A DNA stretch of 64,000 bases from contig OY969763.1 of NCBI GenBank assembly GCA_963702845.1, positions 2,272,001 to 2,336,000 of the forward strand, given 5' to 3'. The notes beneath the pieces were generated by a model that ran no database searches, was not told the origin of the DNA, and saw only the letters and a program-made list of their open reading frames with translations. The position numbers and the translations under genes are program-made. Shown here piece by piece: positions 36,391 through 48,724 of the stretch (its first letter is position 1; the number at the start of each line of letters is the position of its first letter). The DNA is from an uncultured Verrucomicrobiae bacterium (GTDB lineage: Bacteria > Verrucomicrobiota > Verrucomicrobiia > Limisphaerales > Palsa-1400).

Positions 36391-37475
36391 TGAATTCAAT
36401 CCAACCACAATCAGGAAGCCGTTGGCGCGGTGTCATTCATGAATACCGGCAATACCTGCCGGTAACGGAAAATTCGCCCATCGTTTCTCTAAACGAAGGC
36501 AACACCCCGCTCGTTCGCGCGGATAATTTTGTCGAAGCGATCGGCGGCAGTTGCGAGCTTTGGCTTAAATACGAAGGCATCAACCCCACCTGCTCTTTCA
36601 AAGATCGCGGCATGACCATGGCCGTGACGAAAGCCGTCGAACGCGGTGCCCAAGTCGTCGTTTGCGCTAGCACCGGCAATACATCGGCAGCGGCCGCTGC
36701 TTACGCCGCTCGCGCGAAGCTCAAATGCGTCGTGTTGTTGCCGAATGGAAAAATTGCTTTAGGAAAATTAGCGCAATCGCTGATGTACGGAGCGACCACC
36801 ATTGCGATCGAAGGTAATTTCGATGAAGCGCTGCGCATCGTCCGTGAACTCGGCGAAACCGGGAAAGTCGAAGTCGTCAACAGTATCAATCCTTCACGCA
36901 TCGAGGGACAAAAAACCGCGTCATTCGAAATCTGCGATCAACTCGGGCGCGCGCCTGACTTTCATTTCCTGCCAGTCGGAAATGCGGGCAACATCACGGC
37001 CTATTGGCGCGGCTACAAAGAATATCACGCTGCGAAAAAATCCGACCGCCTACCGCGCATGTTCGGTTTTCAGGCAGCCGGCTCCGCTCCGATCGTCGAC
37101 GGCGCTCCTGTCACGCACCCGAACACCGTTGCCACGGCCATTCGCATCGGTAACCCCGCAAGCTGGCAACAAGCGACCGCTGCGTTGAAAGAATCCAAAG
37201 GCCACATCGACAAAGTCACCGACGAAGAAATCCTCGCCGCATACAAATTGATTGCGCGCACCGACGGAATTTTTGTAGAACCAGCCTCCGCCGCGTGTCT
37301 TGCTGGTCTGATTAAATGCGTCAAAGCCGGGAAAATTCCCGAAGGCAGCGTCATCACCGCAACGATGACCGGCCACGGTTTGAAAGATCCGGATAACGCA
37401 ATCAAGACAGCCGGTTTCGAACCCATCGTGGTTGAAGCGAATAAAGAAGCGGTGATGAAAGTGATCGGATTATAG
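36390..37475 (+). CDS. thrC: Threonine synthase
   Basis: EGNTPL, NPTCSFKDRG, ASTGNT, PVGNAGN, TGHGLKDP. Confidence 0.95.
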   Translation: MNSIQPQSGSRWRGVIHEYRQYLPVTENSPIVSLNEGNTPLVRADNFVEAIGGSCELWLKYEGINPTCSFKDRGMTMAVTKAVERGAQVVVCASTGNTSAAAAAYAARAKLKCVVLLPNGKIALGKLAQSLMYGATTIAIEGNFDEALRIVRELGETGKVEVVNSINPSRIEGQKTASFEICDQLGRAPDFHFLPVGNAGNITAYWRGYKEYHAAKKSDRLPRMFGFQAAGSAPIVDGAPVTHPNTVATAIRIGNPASWQQATAALKESKGHIDKVTDEEILAAYKLIARTDGIFVEPASAACLAGLIKCVKAGKIPEGSVITATMTGHGLKDPDNAIKTAGFEPIVVEANKEAVMKVIGL

Positions 37476-37476
37476 T

Positions 37477-38697
37477 ATGGCTTTAATCGTTCAAAAATAT
37501 GGCGGGACATCAGTGGGCAATCCCGAACGGATTAAAAATGTCGCTGCTCGCGTTTCGAGCTATCGCAACAAAGGCGATCAGGTTGTCGTTGTTGTGTCCG
37601 CCATGAGCGGCGTGACTGACAACCTCATCAAGATGGCCAAGGAAATCATGCCGCTCCCGAATGAGCGCGAAATGGATATGCTTTTGGCCACCGGCGAACA
37701 GACGACGATTGCTCTCACCGCCATTGCTCTGCATTCCCTTGATATTCCCGCCGTTTCGCTGACCGGTGCGCAAGCCGGTATCGTCACCGACGGCGTTCAC
37801 ACAAAAGCGAAAATTCAAAATATTTCGCCCAAGTCTGTCCACCAATCACTCGACGCGGGCAACGTCGTCATCGTCGCAGGTTTCCAGGGACAGACCATGG
37901 AAGGCCAGATCACAACACTCGGTCGCGGCGGTTCTGACCTGACTGCCATCGCTCTGGCGGCCGCGTTGAAAGCCGATCTTTGCCAGATTTATACTGACGT
38001 TGATGGCGTCTACACCGCCGATCCTCGCATCGTCCCAAGCGCGAAGAAGCTCGCAGAGATTTCTTACGACGAAATGCTCGAGCTCGCGAGCCTCGGCGCA
38101 AAGGTGATGCAATCGCGCTCAGTTGAATTCGCGAAAAAATTTGGCGTAGTGTTTGAAGTGCGCTCCAGTTTGAATGACAACCCAGGAACAATTGTGAAAG
38201 AAGAAACTCTCAGCATGGAAGGCGTCGTCATTCGCGGCGTCTCGCTCGACAAAAATCAAGCCAAGGTCACGCTCATTGCCGTGCCCGACCGACCAGGCGT
38301 CGCCGCCCACGTGTTCAAGGCCATTGCCGAAGCGAACATCAATGTGGACATGATCGTTCAGAACATCAGCCACAACACCGGCGCGCCCGCCACTGATATT
38401 TCCTTCACCGTCGACAAACCGGAACTACTTAAGGCAAAGAAAGTTATCGACAGTCTCAAAGACAAGATCGGTTTCCGCGACGTCATCGCCGATGAAAAAA
38501 TCGGCAAGCTTTCCATCGTTGGCGTCGGCATGCGCAGCAATGCTGGCGTGGCCGCAAAAATGTTCGAAACACTCGCGAACAATGGAATCAACATCGACAT
38601 GATTTCAACCAGCGAGATTAAAATTTCAGTGGTCATCGAACTCACGAAGGGTGAGCAAGCGATGCGCGTCATTCACGAAGCATTTTTAGGAAAGTAA
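37477..38697 (+). CDS. lysC: Aspartate kinase
   Basis: VQKYGGTSV, TLGRGGSDLTA, TDVDGVYTADP, two ACT domains. Confidence 0.95.
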   Translation: MALIVQKYGGTSVGNPERIKNVAARVSSYRNKGDQVVVVVSAMSGVTDNLIKMAKEIMPLPNEREMDMLLATGEQTTIALTAIALHSLDIPAVSLTGAQAGIVTDGVHTKAKIQNISPKSVHQSLDAGNVVIVAGFQGQTMEGQITTLGRGGSDLTAIALAAALKADLCQIYTDVDGVYTADPRIVPSAKKLAEISYDEMLELASLGAKVMQSRSVEFAKKFGVVFEVRSSLNDNPGTIVKEETLSMEGVVIRGVSLDKNQAKVTLIAVPDRPGVAAHVFKAIAEANINVDMIVQNISHNTGAPATDISFTVDKPELLKAKKVIDSLKDKIGFRDVIADEKIGKLSIVGVGMRSNAGVAAKMFETLANNGINIDMISTSEIKISVVIELTKGEQAMRVIHEAFLGK

Positions 38698-38723
38698 GAA
38701 GAGCAGTTAAGGATTCTTAACTG

Positions 38724-40792
38724 TTATTGCTTGTCGAGCGTTGGCAGATCAAACCAGAAAGTCGAGCCTTCTCCGGGTTTTGAGATAAGCCCGACAGCGC
38801 CTCCGAGGCGCTCGATCCCCTTCTTAACAATAGCCAGACCTATGCCGGTCCCGGGATATGCGTCACTGGGATGCAACCGTTCAAAGACTCGGAAGATGCG
38901 CTGCTGATGTTCTGGCGCGATTCCAATTCCTTGATCGGAAATGTAAAACCGAACGCGATTTTCCGGCAGCTGTTCGGTCCAAATTTTTATGTTTGGGCTG
39001 GCGCCTTTCGGGTGAAACTTTAATGCGTTTCCGAGCAAGTTGTTCAACGCCAACTCAACCACTGTGCGATGCGCACGGACACACGGGAACGATTGTTTCT
39101 TTTCAATCTTCGCATTCTTTTCGGCAATCTCGTTGGCATAATTGGCCATCACACGAGCCCAAACCGTTTCCACCTCGATCGGTCCGACGGTAACTGCACT
39201 GTGGTAATCCTGGCATAATCGAGCAAGTCACGGATCAAATCATCCATGCGTTGGGCTGCATCCATGACACGCCAAAAATAATCCTGCCCGTCTTTGTCGA
39301 GTTTTTCCGCGTAATCCTCCATCAGGATTCGGGACATGCCTTGAATAGCGCGCAACGGCGCACGTAAATCATGGGCAATGCTGTAACTGAAAGCCTGCAT
39401 CTCCTCGTTGCTGCGCTGGAGAGAACGAGTGCGCTCTTCCAATTCCGAGTTTGTCGCACGCAGTTGTTCTTCAGCCTTGCGCAACTCGGTCACGTCTTGT
39501 GCGATACCCATCAACACGTTCGGATGGCCGTGCGCATCAAAAGAAAAATAGCCCTGGCAATGCAAGTGCCGCATTTCGTCGGCACGCCAGATATCGATGA
39601 TAAAAATCGATCGGCGTCCCTGAGTTCAGCCCTTTGCGAATCATCGCGTCAACGGCGGCACGATCTAGCCGGATGCACCAGTTCCAGATATTGGGTATAA
39701 GTCGGTTTGAACGCGCCTTGTCTACGCCGAAAATTTTGTAAAGTTCATCGCTCCAGATCAGATCATCGTCGTCGCAGACGCCATTCCCAACCGCCGACAT
39801 GGGCCAGCGCTTCGGCGCGCGGCGAGCATCATTCGTTCGCGCCGTAACGCGGCTTCGGCCAATTGCTTTTTCTGTGACGTCCTCGATTGAGACGAGCAAC
39901 AGCGGCGTTTTCCGCGGATTGCCGGTAAAACGGGCGCGCCGAAATCAGCAAGGTGCGTGGCGTTTGGCCTCGCGCACCCATGAGCGTGCCATTCGTATGC
40001 CGGAAGATCAAGCGAATATCGTCAACTGGTCGTGCGACGATCAGAGCTACATCGCTTAACGCGTCACGTAATATGCCCTCCATTCGACCCGCAATTCCAG
40101 AAGCTTCTGTGAAAAACGAATTGCCGAACGCTTGACGACACGCCGAATGCTCGTGTGAACGCTGCGATTAAAGGTGACAACGGCGCATCCGCGGATCCAA
40201 CACAGCCAAGGTTGACGAATCGTTTGCACGATGTTCTCGGAAAAATCGTGCGCATCCTTCAGTTCTTCCGTCCGTTGTTTAAGAGGCGTTAGGTCGATGA
40301 TGCGCGGTTTGATATGGTCGGCTCCCTGGCGATGGAAAAAGTTGCTGATCAACTGAACTTTGCGATCCGGCGTTTGTCCGCGGTGCGCAGACGCAACTCG
40401 CTGACGGCCGGATCTGTCCCAGCTGCTGTGGCAACGGTCGGAGGTGCTTCTTGAAAAAGTCGTATCCTGCGGCTCGACGAGGTACGCTGAAGGAAAGTAA
40501 AGTGAGTTTGTCCGGCGCGATACACCAAGCAGAGTGCAAGCGGCCTCATTCATTTCGCGGATAAAACCATCCGAGTCAATCACCACGAAGGGGCACCGGC
40601 CCGCGCAGCACCATGCCGCTAAAGCGGGTCCGCAACTCGGCGAGTTCGTTGCGCAACTTTTCTTGGGCGCCTGAAGTCGCTCTTCACCGGGCGGCGTCGC
40701 ATGCAAGTGTGTCGATGCAACGGAACTGTCGGTCAAGATCTCATGTGATCTTGGTTTTCTTCGGTCGCGAAATATTACGTCGTTTTTTCAAG
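38724..40792 (-). pseudogene. PAS-domain sensor histidine kinase broken by multiple frameshifts (pseudogene or sequencing error)
   Basis: HATPase (NLLGNALKF, DQGIGI, GTGIGLA), HisKA (SIAHDLRAPL) and PAS fragments (WSDELYKIFG) lie in different frames; 5' end approximate. Confidence 0.7.
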
Positions 40793-40822
40793 CAGTTACT
40801 GTTCGGACCTGTTCGTTAAACG

Positions 40823-43800
40823 TCACCGCATATATAATTCGCATTCCTGGACTAGTTTCGGGCATTTATCAGAAACACCTTTTTGGCCGATATGCGGAAA
40901 ATCGTGCTCGACCCGAAAATCGGTGACACTGCCAGTCTCGGGTAGGATCGATAAAAGTGCTGTCCGCAATGCCGGAATATCCCATTGGCCGTTTCCCAAT
41001 TCATAAATCAGATGTCCTCCGGTTTCGGCGTCGCTGACCTGGAATGTACTATAAAACACATTGGTTGGCTTTGTTGATGCGCAAGTCGCTTGTCAGCAGA
41101 AGGACCGGCTCCGCCACCATTTCAGCGATATCCCCGACATCCCGCCATGGATCTCCGGTATCAACAGCAACGACAACCACGCCTTCGATCGTATTCTCCG
41201 CCGTGCGATAAGGCCGGATTCGGACTGAATAGGTTTTACCTTCGTCATCGAGCGCATTGACCTCTTTCACGTTCAATGTCTCGATCACTTCGGCAGCGAG
41301 CTTGTCGAGGTTTGGCAGTCGCAGGTTAGGATTGATATCAGTGATACGCCGACCAACATCAGCGGGAATCAGATTGAATAATTTTTGCGCCATCGGCGTA
41401 AAACGGCGCAGCGTGAAGTCTGTTCCCAAAATCAATATCGGCATCGCAAAACTTGCGATTAGATTATTCAGGTCATTGTTCACCTGACCCAATTCCGTGT
41501 TACGGTTCTGCAATTCTTCATTGAGCGTGGTTAACTCTTCATTCGTCGACTGCAGTTCTTCCTTGGCCGTTTCGAGTTCCTCGTTGGTGCTCTGCAACTC
41601 TTCGTTGGTGGACTGGATTTCTTCGTTGGCCGAACTCAATTCTTCGTTGGTCGCTTCTTGCTCTTCGATGATCGTTTGCAGCGACTCCTTGGTCTGATTC
41701 AACTCATCGCGCAGGCGCGTCAATTGACGTTCTGAAGCAATGCCGCCCTGACGCGCGCCTTTGGCGCCAGCCTTCTCGGTTTCGCCGAAATGCAGGTCAA
41801 AGAACAAAATTAAAAACAGCCTCTCAGCGTCACCGCCAGATCGCGCCATCGGAACCACTTCGACCGTCACGTCGCGGAAATGACCGTTGTAGCGGATGCG
41901 AATAGCTTCTTTACGGACGGGAACATTCGTGCGCATCGCCTGGCTAAACGCCGTTCGTAAATCCATGACCAACTCGCCGCGAATGATTTTGATGAGGTTG
42001 AAACTCGCGCTGCCGGGAGCTGGATCAAGATATGGCCCGGTCTTACCGCGAAAATGCAACACTTCCATCCGGCTATTCACAATGATACCCGCAGGCATGT
42101 AGCGCGAGAGCACCAATTCATCTGCCTGTTTTTGCAAATCGCTTCGCGGAAGCGGATCCTTGCCGCGCAATGGTCGGTGTCCGACAACCTCCTGTGCCGG
42201 TTCGGAAGGTCTGAAATCCAACTCGGTTCGCTGATACGATTCGCTGCGCGTGTAAATCTTGTTTCGTTTATCGACCGAGGTGAATAAATGGGAATAGGTT
42301 CCAACGCTTTCCGAGGCCCCCAACAAAAGGAATCCACCGCGACGCAACGAATAATGGAAAATGGGCAACACTTTCCGTTGCAGTGTCGGCCCAAAATAAA
42401 TCAGTAAATTACGGCAACTGATCAGGTCTAACTTCGAAAAGGGCGGATCTTCGACAACGTTCTGTTTGGCGAACACGCACATGTCGCGAATGAATTTCCC
42501 AATCTGATAACCACCCTCGACTCGCTGGAAATATCGTCGTAATCGTTCAGGCGAGACATCGGCCACGGCAGCGGCCGAAAACGAACCCTGCCGCGCGCGT
42601 GCGACCATTTGGTCGCTGATGTCGGTGCCGAAAATCTGGACTGCCTTATTGTTCGTTTTACGTCCGAGAAACTCATGCAAACAGATGGCCAGCGAATAAA
42701 CCTCCTCACCGGTCGAGCAGCCAGGCACCCAAATGCGGACGCCGGAATCCGCGGCGCGCTGTTTCATCAATTTTGGAAACACCCGTCGCTTCAGCGCTTG
42801 AAACACCTGGGGATCACGAAAGAAACCAGTCACGTTGATCAGGATTTCCTGAAATAACTTTTCAACTTCCGCGTGGTTGTCCTCGAGAAAGTTCAAATAG
42901 ACCCGTGCCGAAGTCATTTTTTTGAGGACCATTCGACGGGTGATTCTTCGCTTAAGGGTCGTGGGCTTGTAAGCGGAGAAATCGACGCCAGTGACACCGC
43001 GCAAAAGCGCAAACAACCGAGCCAATTCCTCTTCACTCCCCGAAAACACGGGATCTTCTGAACCATCGGCTTTCGCTACTTTGAACTGTTCCGCAATATT
43101 TCGCAGCTCTCTAGCAATGCGTTCTGGAGGCAGAATATAATCCACACAACCGGTCGCAATCGCACTTTGCGGCATTGAAAAGAAACCCGATGATCGTTCA
43201 TCCTGTGCGAAGGTGATGCCGCCTTCGGCTTTAATCTGTCGCAGGCCGATACTGCCGTCATGGCCACTACCCGAAAGGATCACGCCGATGGCGAAGTTGC
43301 CTTGATTGCAGGCGAGGCTATTGAAAAACCGGTCGACCGGCAAATTAAGCTCGCTGCGTTTCCGTGGCGAAAGCACCAATATTCCATCATCAATCACCAC
43401 GTCGCGATCCGGCGGAATAACGTAAAGTGTATCGGCCTCGACGCGCAGGCGATTGGTGATCTGCTTCACCGGCATCTTCGTCGCCGCCTGCAAGAGTTCG
43501 GTCAGTTGACTCTTGTGTGTAGGATCAAGATGAAAAACTGTGACAAACACCATTCCGGTGTCCGACGGCAGCGCGCGGAGCATCTGCGAGAAGGCTTCGA
43601 AGCCGCCCGCCGAAGCCCCAATGCCTACGACAAGAGGAGTCCTTCTGGGCTGTGGAATTTGCTTTGACTGTTTTACTGCTCGCGAACGTTTATGCAAATT
43701 GTCGGCGGTCTTGTGAACGTCATCGGCCTCTTCATGAACCTGGTCTGCTTTGCGATAGACGCGTTCGGCCTGCTTTGCCACATCGTTAGCCTGCGCGCGC

Positions 43801-43925
43801 ATCGCCTCCGCTGCGGCGCGAGCTTTCCTTAAATCGCCAGAAACAGATTCGGAACGCCCCCGAACGACTTTCGGTTTGGCTCGCGGTGAACCGCGTGCTT
43901 TTCGCGATGACTTCTTCTTCGGCAT
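40823..43925 (-). CDS. CheB-CheR-coiled coil-PAS fusion, frameshifted near 41055
   Basis: GASAGG, HLDP, GSGHDG (CheB); WVPGCSTGEE, DLISCRNLLIY (CheR); EELQSTNEE repeats; the last PAS continues in ORF 40823-41059. Confidence 0.88.
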
Positions 43926-44018
43926 GGCTGGGCTTTTCCAATGGGACATTGAGGGAATTGAGCGACTCTGTCAATCAGGCTCAGGCACACGGAGCGTATC
44001 CACCAAACTGGCCCATTT

Positions 44019-44228
44019 TCAGCTTGCATCAATTTTTCTGGCGATCTTGCGAATAGTCTCCGTCTGGTGTTCCAACTTCCGGGCGCGCTCGTTCAGAGTT
44101 TTTTGGGTGCGAAACTGCTTTTTTTGAGAGGATTCCATAGAAATTTTCTTCAAGAAGGAAGAGCGTTCTTCCAACGCTTCTATTCCGCCAGCCGACGTGC
44201 CCAACACAACGATATCACCACCCTTCAT
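44019..44228 (-). pseudogene. Truncated CheB N-terminal remnant fused to unrelated sequence
   Basis: MKGGDIVVLGTSAGGIEAL with GGAGGA RBS, then similarity is lost. Confidence 0.55.
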
Positions 44229-44347
44229 GGATACTCCTCCATCCACACCCTCGCATCGGTCCCATTAAAAACAACGGGGGAAAAGATAGTTTAGAATTGT
44301 GTTCGACGCGAAACCTGGATGGCCAATAATGATGCTTTGCGAGGGTG

Positions 44348-45124
44348 CTACTTCTTCTGATGCGGTGATTGCGAAGGCGGTTTTTCGCCGAGCTTGGCTT
44401 CGAACTTATGCCAACGACTATCCCAATCTGCCCAGCTTGATTCCCATTCCTCACCAGCCAACTTCTGACGAGCCTGCGGCAGCAACTCAAAAAGCTTTTG
44501 CGCCTCAGATTGTGCGGCAATGTCATCATCCAGCTTTATATAGGCCTCCAGCAAATCGAGGTGGTTTTCGGGATACGCAGGAGCGATTTGCACCGCCCGC
44601 ATTAAATGCTGGCGCGCTTTCGAATGGTTCCCAATGCTCGCCGGCCAGCCGGGCGCACTAAGATAAAGCAAGCCCACGTTCCTGTCGGGCCCAGCATAGT
44701 CGAATTCTGAATTCAATTGCTGCGCGCGTAAGAACTCCGTCTCCATTTGGCGGACCAACTTTAGCGCCCCGATTCCTTTTGTTTGCGCGAGCTCCCCCAG
44801 ATTCATCGCCAAATAATAGTGCAATGGCGCGCTATTCTCGTGCGTGGTCAGAGCGTGCTCGCAGGCATCGATTGCTGGTTGAGCCAGACCCGCTCGCTCG
44901 CTGGAGTCAGCGGCGAATTCCGCTCGGTCAAACGATGCGCGTGCGAATTGCCAGGCGACATCTGGATTGTTTGCCTCCGCACGATAACGAAGGAGCGCCG
45001 CACGATAGTTTTTCTCCGCAACAGCAAGGAAGCGATTGTGTTGCGAAACAGTCGGGGCGGCCATGGCACATGAGCAAAGCAGGAACAGACCGAAGCGAAA
45101 AACGAAACGGCGCACTTGGTTCAT
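44348..45124 (-). CDS. Secreted TPR-like helical protein
   Basis: Signal peptide; LHYYLAMNLG, AGPDRNVGLLYLSAPGWPASIG, KARQHL. Confidence 0.7.
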   Translation of the reverse strand: MNQVRRFVFRFGLFLLCSCAMAAPTVSQHNRFLAVAEKNYRAALLRYRAEANNPDVAWQFARASFDRAEFAADSSERAGLAQPAIDACEHALTTHENSAPLHYYLAMNLGELAQTKGIGALKLVRQMETEFLRAQQLNSEFDYAGPDRNVGLLYLSAPGWPASIGNHSKARQHLMRAVQIAPAYPENHLDLLEAYIKLDDDIAAQSEAQKLFELLPQARQKLAGEEWESSWADWDSRWHKFEAKLGEKPPSQSPHQKK

Positions 45125-45204
45125 GTCAGAATAAAATAACACAGCTTGTGGCCCGGTGAGTGAACCCGATTTACCGAGGGAAGGCAATGAGGATTGAGCG
45201 CCAG

Positions 45205-45585
45205 TCAGTTTGCCGTCAATACGTCACGTACTGTATTCAAAAGCGCGGTCGATTCAAAAGGCTTCTGCAAAAATGCCGCTCCCGGATGAACTTTTGCGCT
45301 GCCGATTGCTCCGGAAAGTGTGTCGCCCGACATATAAATAACACCGAGATCGGAGTGCTTTTGCGTCAATCGGTCGACAACTTCCATCCCTGTCATTCCG
45401 TGCAGATTGATGTCCGTGATAACCAAATGTAGTGGACCGGAATGCGAATCCGCAGCCGCAACGGCCTCGTCACCGTTGTTCGCTTCCAGCACATTGTAAT
45501 CGTCAAATCTAAGGAGGTCTGCCAGCATTCCGCGCAACAATTCTTCGTCTTCCACGAGCAGGATTGTTTTTGTTTCGACACTCAT
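45205..45585 (-). CDS. Single-domain response regulator
   Basis: LLVEDE, VITDI, YMSG, LQKPF. Confidence 0.9.
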   Translation of the reverse strand: MSVETKTILLVEDEELLRGMLADLLRFDDYNVLEANNGDEAVAAADSHSGPLHLVITDINLHGMTGMEVVDRLTQKHSDLGVIYMSGDTLSGAIGSAKVHPGAAFLQKPFESTALLNTVRDVLTAN

Positions 45586-45598
45586 TCAATGGGTTGTT

Positions 45599-48358
45599 CT
45601 AAGCTGCAGCGGCGATCGCACTTGCTGAATCGCTCAATTCCTTCTTCAAGGCAAGTAACAGCTTCTCTGATGTGACCGGCTTCGCAAAAAAAGGCACTCC
45701 GTAAGACGCCAGTTGTTTTCTTATTTCATCGCTCTGCTGAAGTCCACTAACGGCTATAAATTTCATATCAGGACGAATGTTTTTGAGAGCACGAATCGTT
45801 CTCGGTCCGTCCATGACTGGCATCATCATATCGACGACGGCGATTTTGAACGGCTCAGAATGTTTCTGCACCAACGCCATCGCATCCGCGCCGTTCGCTG
45901 CCGCCATCACACGGTAACCAGACTGTGACAAAACCGCAGCCGTCACCTCCAAGATGCTCGTTTCATCATCGACAATCAGGATCAATTCATTATTGCCTCG
46001 CAACTGCTTGAGCGAAGTCGTCGCCGAAACCGAGAGCGCCGGAGCTGCCACCGCCGGGAAATAAATTCTAAATATCGTCCCGCTTCCAACGTCGCTGATG
46101 AGTTCGAGAAAACCTCCATGCCCCTTGATGATGCTGATGACCGTCGAAAGCCCCAACCCTGTGCCTTTGCCAACTTCTTTCGTCGTAAAGAATGGCTCAA
46201 AAATTTTGTCCTGCAGTTCCGATGGAATTCCCATGCCGGTATCCGAGACGCTCAAGACCAAGTACCTGCCCGACTTCGCTCCGACTATTTTCTTCGCCAA
46301 AGACTCATCCAGGGTCACGTTCGTAACCTCCGCGGTAATCTTGCCGCCTTCCGGCATGGCATCCCGCGCATTCACGCACAGGTTGAGTAGAATTTGATGA
46401 ATTTGCGTCGCGTCACCGCGAATCATCGCAGCGTCAGGAGCAATCCGAGTCTCCATGGTGATCGACTTTGGAAATGTCTCATGCGCGATCTTTTGCATTT
46501 CCTTAACGATATGCGTCATCTGCATGGGCGTGCGTTCGCCTTCAAGACCGCGTGCAAACGTCAAAACCTGCTTCACCATATCCGCGCCGCGACTTGCACT
46601 GCTCGACATCGTGCGCAATAGTTTCAGTCGTTTCTCGTCCTTCTCCACTTTCAGTAACAACTCCGTGCCCATCACAATCGGTGATAGAACGTTGTTCAAA
46701 TCGTGTGCGATTCCACCGGCCAATGTGCCGATGCTTTCCATCCGTTGCGCGCGCAAGAATTGCGATTCGAGCTTTTTCTTTTCGGTAATGTCCGTATTGA
46801 TCACGAGGATCGATTTTGGCGCACCAGCATCATCACGCACCAGAGTCCAACGGCTTTGCACGACGAGCGCCGCGCCGCCATTGGATTTGGATTTCTGCTT
46901 AAGCTCGCCGATCCATTCACCGTGTTGCAGCGTTTCCGTTTTCGCCGTCTCCATTGTTTCCACAGTGCCGGATGCGAGTAAGTCCGCGACGTTCTTGTCA
47001 ATGGCATCACTCGTCGACAATCCATAGAGTCGCTCAGCGCTCTTGTTCCAGTAAGTCACGCGCCAGGCAAGATCATGCACCAGAATTGCGTCCTGCGCTT
47101 TATCGAGCAACGATGCCTGTTCACGAATACGCTCATGCGCAACCCGTCGTTCCTCTTCCATTTGCAGCCGGTGCGTGTACCACTCCAGCGACTTAAAAAC
47201 CACGCACCACAGCAACGCCACTGGAAGTTGAAATGCGATCACAACCAACCATGGAAACCAGACACCGCACGCAAACAATCCGATCGAAAACAACAGGAAC
47301 ACCAGTGCGCCCAGAATTGCCACGCACGTCGCCGCGAACGGCCGGAACCTAAACAAGAAAACCCCAAAGAACAGCGCGCACGCCACAAGCACGGTCGCTT
47401 CGACCATCGGAGGCAGTCGTCTCAAACTATCACCGCGGATCAGGTTCAACGTTTCAGTGGCATGAACTTCCACCGCCGGCATGAACACCGACTTATCACC
47501 CCAACCCCAGTGGTTATAAGGATTTCGCAGTTCATCGCGTCGTTCGATATGCGTCGTCGTTATCGGACGCGCGCCGACGTAAACAATTTTGTCATGAAAA
47601 GCCCCGCGGGGAACGCCGTTCGGATAAAACAATCTCGCGTAGCTGTAATGCGGCATTGTGCCGGCAGCTCCGTAATAGTGAACCCATCGTTCTTTGGCAA
47701 ATTCCTTCGGTTCCTTGGCGACCGGAAGCTGCAACACACGCGCTGTCGCCCAACTCAGACTCGGTATATTTTGACTGGGAAATCCGGAAATATGGCGGCG
47801 GACCATGAAGTCCTCATCCTGTTCCATGTCGAGCGATTCCAACCCTACCCCTGCACTAGCGTTTAAAAATCGGTCAATCGGCATCGTCGTCGCGTACATC
47901 CCCGTCGATCCTTCCCCGGTCGATGAACCCGAATAACTGTAATCCGCTGCTAAAACCACTTTGCCATTGCGCCGGATAGCCTGTTCGAATTCCGCATCGG
48001 CTTTCGACTTTGATCCAGGATCGCTAAAGACAACGTCGAAAACGACCGCCAATGCGCCGTCCTCTTTCAGGTAGTTGAGCAACTTGGCGTGAATCGACCG
48101 GTCCCACGGCTTGTTTAATTGTTGGTCCAGCGACTTATACGAATCCTCATCGACGTAAATGATCACCACTGGAGAGTTCCGCGTGTCGGGCTGCAGGTAT
48201 GAAGAAAGCTCGAACGACCAATCATAGCTGCTTTCGCTAACCGCGTTGCTTAAACTGGTCGTGGAGAACAGGCACAACAATCCGATCATGAGCACGAGAA
48301 ATGTACCCACGACAGCACCGACCGTCGGGCTCGCCCAATTTACGCGAAAATTCTTCAC
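45599..48358 (-). CDS. CHASE2-PAS hybrid histidine kinase
   Basis: [27 protein letters not shown]2, three TMs, [28 protein letters not shown]-terminal REC. Confidence 0.92.
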   Translation of the reverse strand: MKNFRVNWASPTVGAVVGTFLVLMIGLLCLFSTTSLSNAVSESSYDWSFELSSYLQPDTRNSPVVIIYVDEDSYKSLDQQLNKPWDRSIHAKLLNYLKEDGALAVVFDVVFSDPGSKSKADAEFEQAIRRNGKVVLAADYSYSGSSTGEGSTGMYATTMPIDRFLNASAGVGLESLDMEQDEDFMVRRHISGFPSQNIPSLSWATARVLQLPVAKEPKEFAKERWVHYYGAAGTMPHYSYARLFYPNGVPRGAFHDKIVYVGARPITTTHIERRDELRNPYNHWGWGDKSVFMPAVEVHATETLNLIRGDSLRRLPPMVEATVLVACALFFGVFLFRFRPFAATCVAILGALVFLLFSIGLFACGVWFPWLVVIAFQLPVALLWCVVFKSLEWYTHRLQMEEERRVAHERIREQASLLDKAQDAILVHDLAWRVTYWNKSAERLYGLSTSDAIDKNVADLLASGTVETMETAKTETLQHGEWIGELKQKSKSNGGAALVVQSRWTLVRDDAGAPKSILVINTDITEKKKLESQFLRAQRMESIGTLAGGIAHDLNNVLSPIVMGTELLLKVEKDEKRLKLLRTMSSSASRGADMVKQVLTFARGLEGERTPMQMTHIVKEMQKIAHETFPKSITMETRIAPDAAMIRGDATQIHQILLNLCVNARDAMPEGGKITAEVTNVTLDESLAKKIVGAKSGRYLVLSVSDTGMGIPSELQDKIFEPFFTTKEVGKGTGLGLSTVISIIKGHGGFLELISDVGSGTIFRIYFPAVAAPALSVSATTSLKQLRGNNELILIVDDETSILEVTAAVLSQSGYRVMAAANGADAMALVQKHSEPFKIAVVDMMMPVMDGPRTIRALKNIRPDMKFIAVSGLQQSDEIRKQLASYGVPFFAKPVTSEKLLLALKKELSDSASAIAAAA

Positions 48359-48724
48359 GCTGTACTTTCGGTCAGAATTTCATCCGCACGCTCGCCATCA
48401 AGGTGCGTTCACGCGGCATTTCAGAATACAGTTTTAACGAGTTCAATTTGTAATCGCGATTGGTAATATTCAGCAACCTACCCGAACCTCAGCTAAACGA
48501 CGATAAAATGATGCATCGCTGCGCCGAGACGCGGGATTGTGTTTCTCATAAACACAAGACGATTTGAAGAGCATTTCTGTTGCCATTCGCGTATCGATGA
48601 ATTTAACGCAAGCCCCTCACTGTCAAACGCAGACTACAAATATTTGACATTGGAGAGCAAACCATGTGGCATTGATGAAACTAAGCGGGACGCGTGCAAT
48701 CCGTCCCTTCGAATCGAATAATTT

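Noticed and set aside
41480..41680. Novel internal repeat (EELQSTNEE)
   Set aside because: Standard coiled-coil of CheB-CheR fusion proteins
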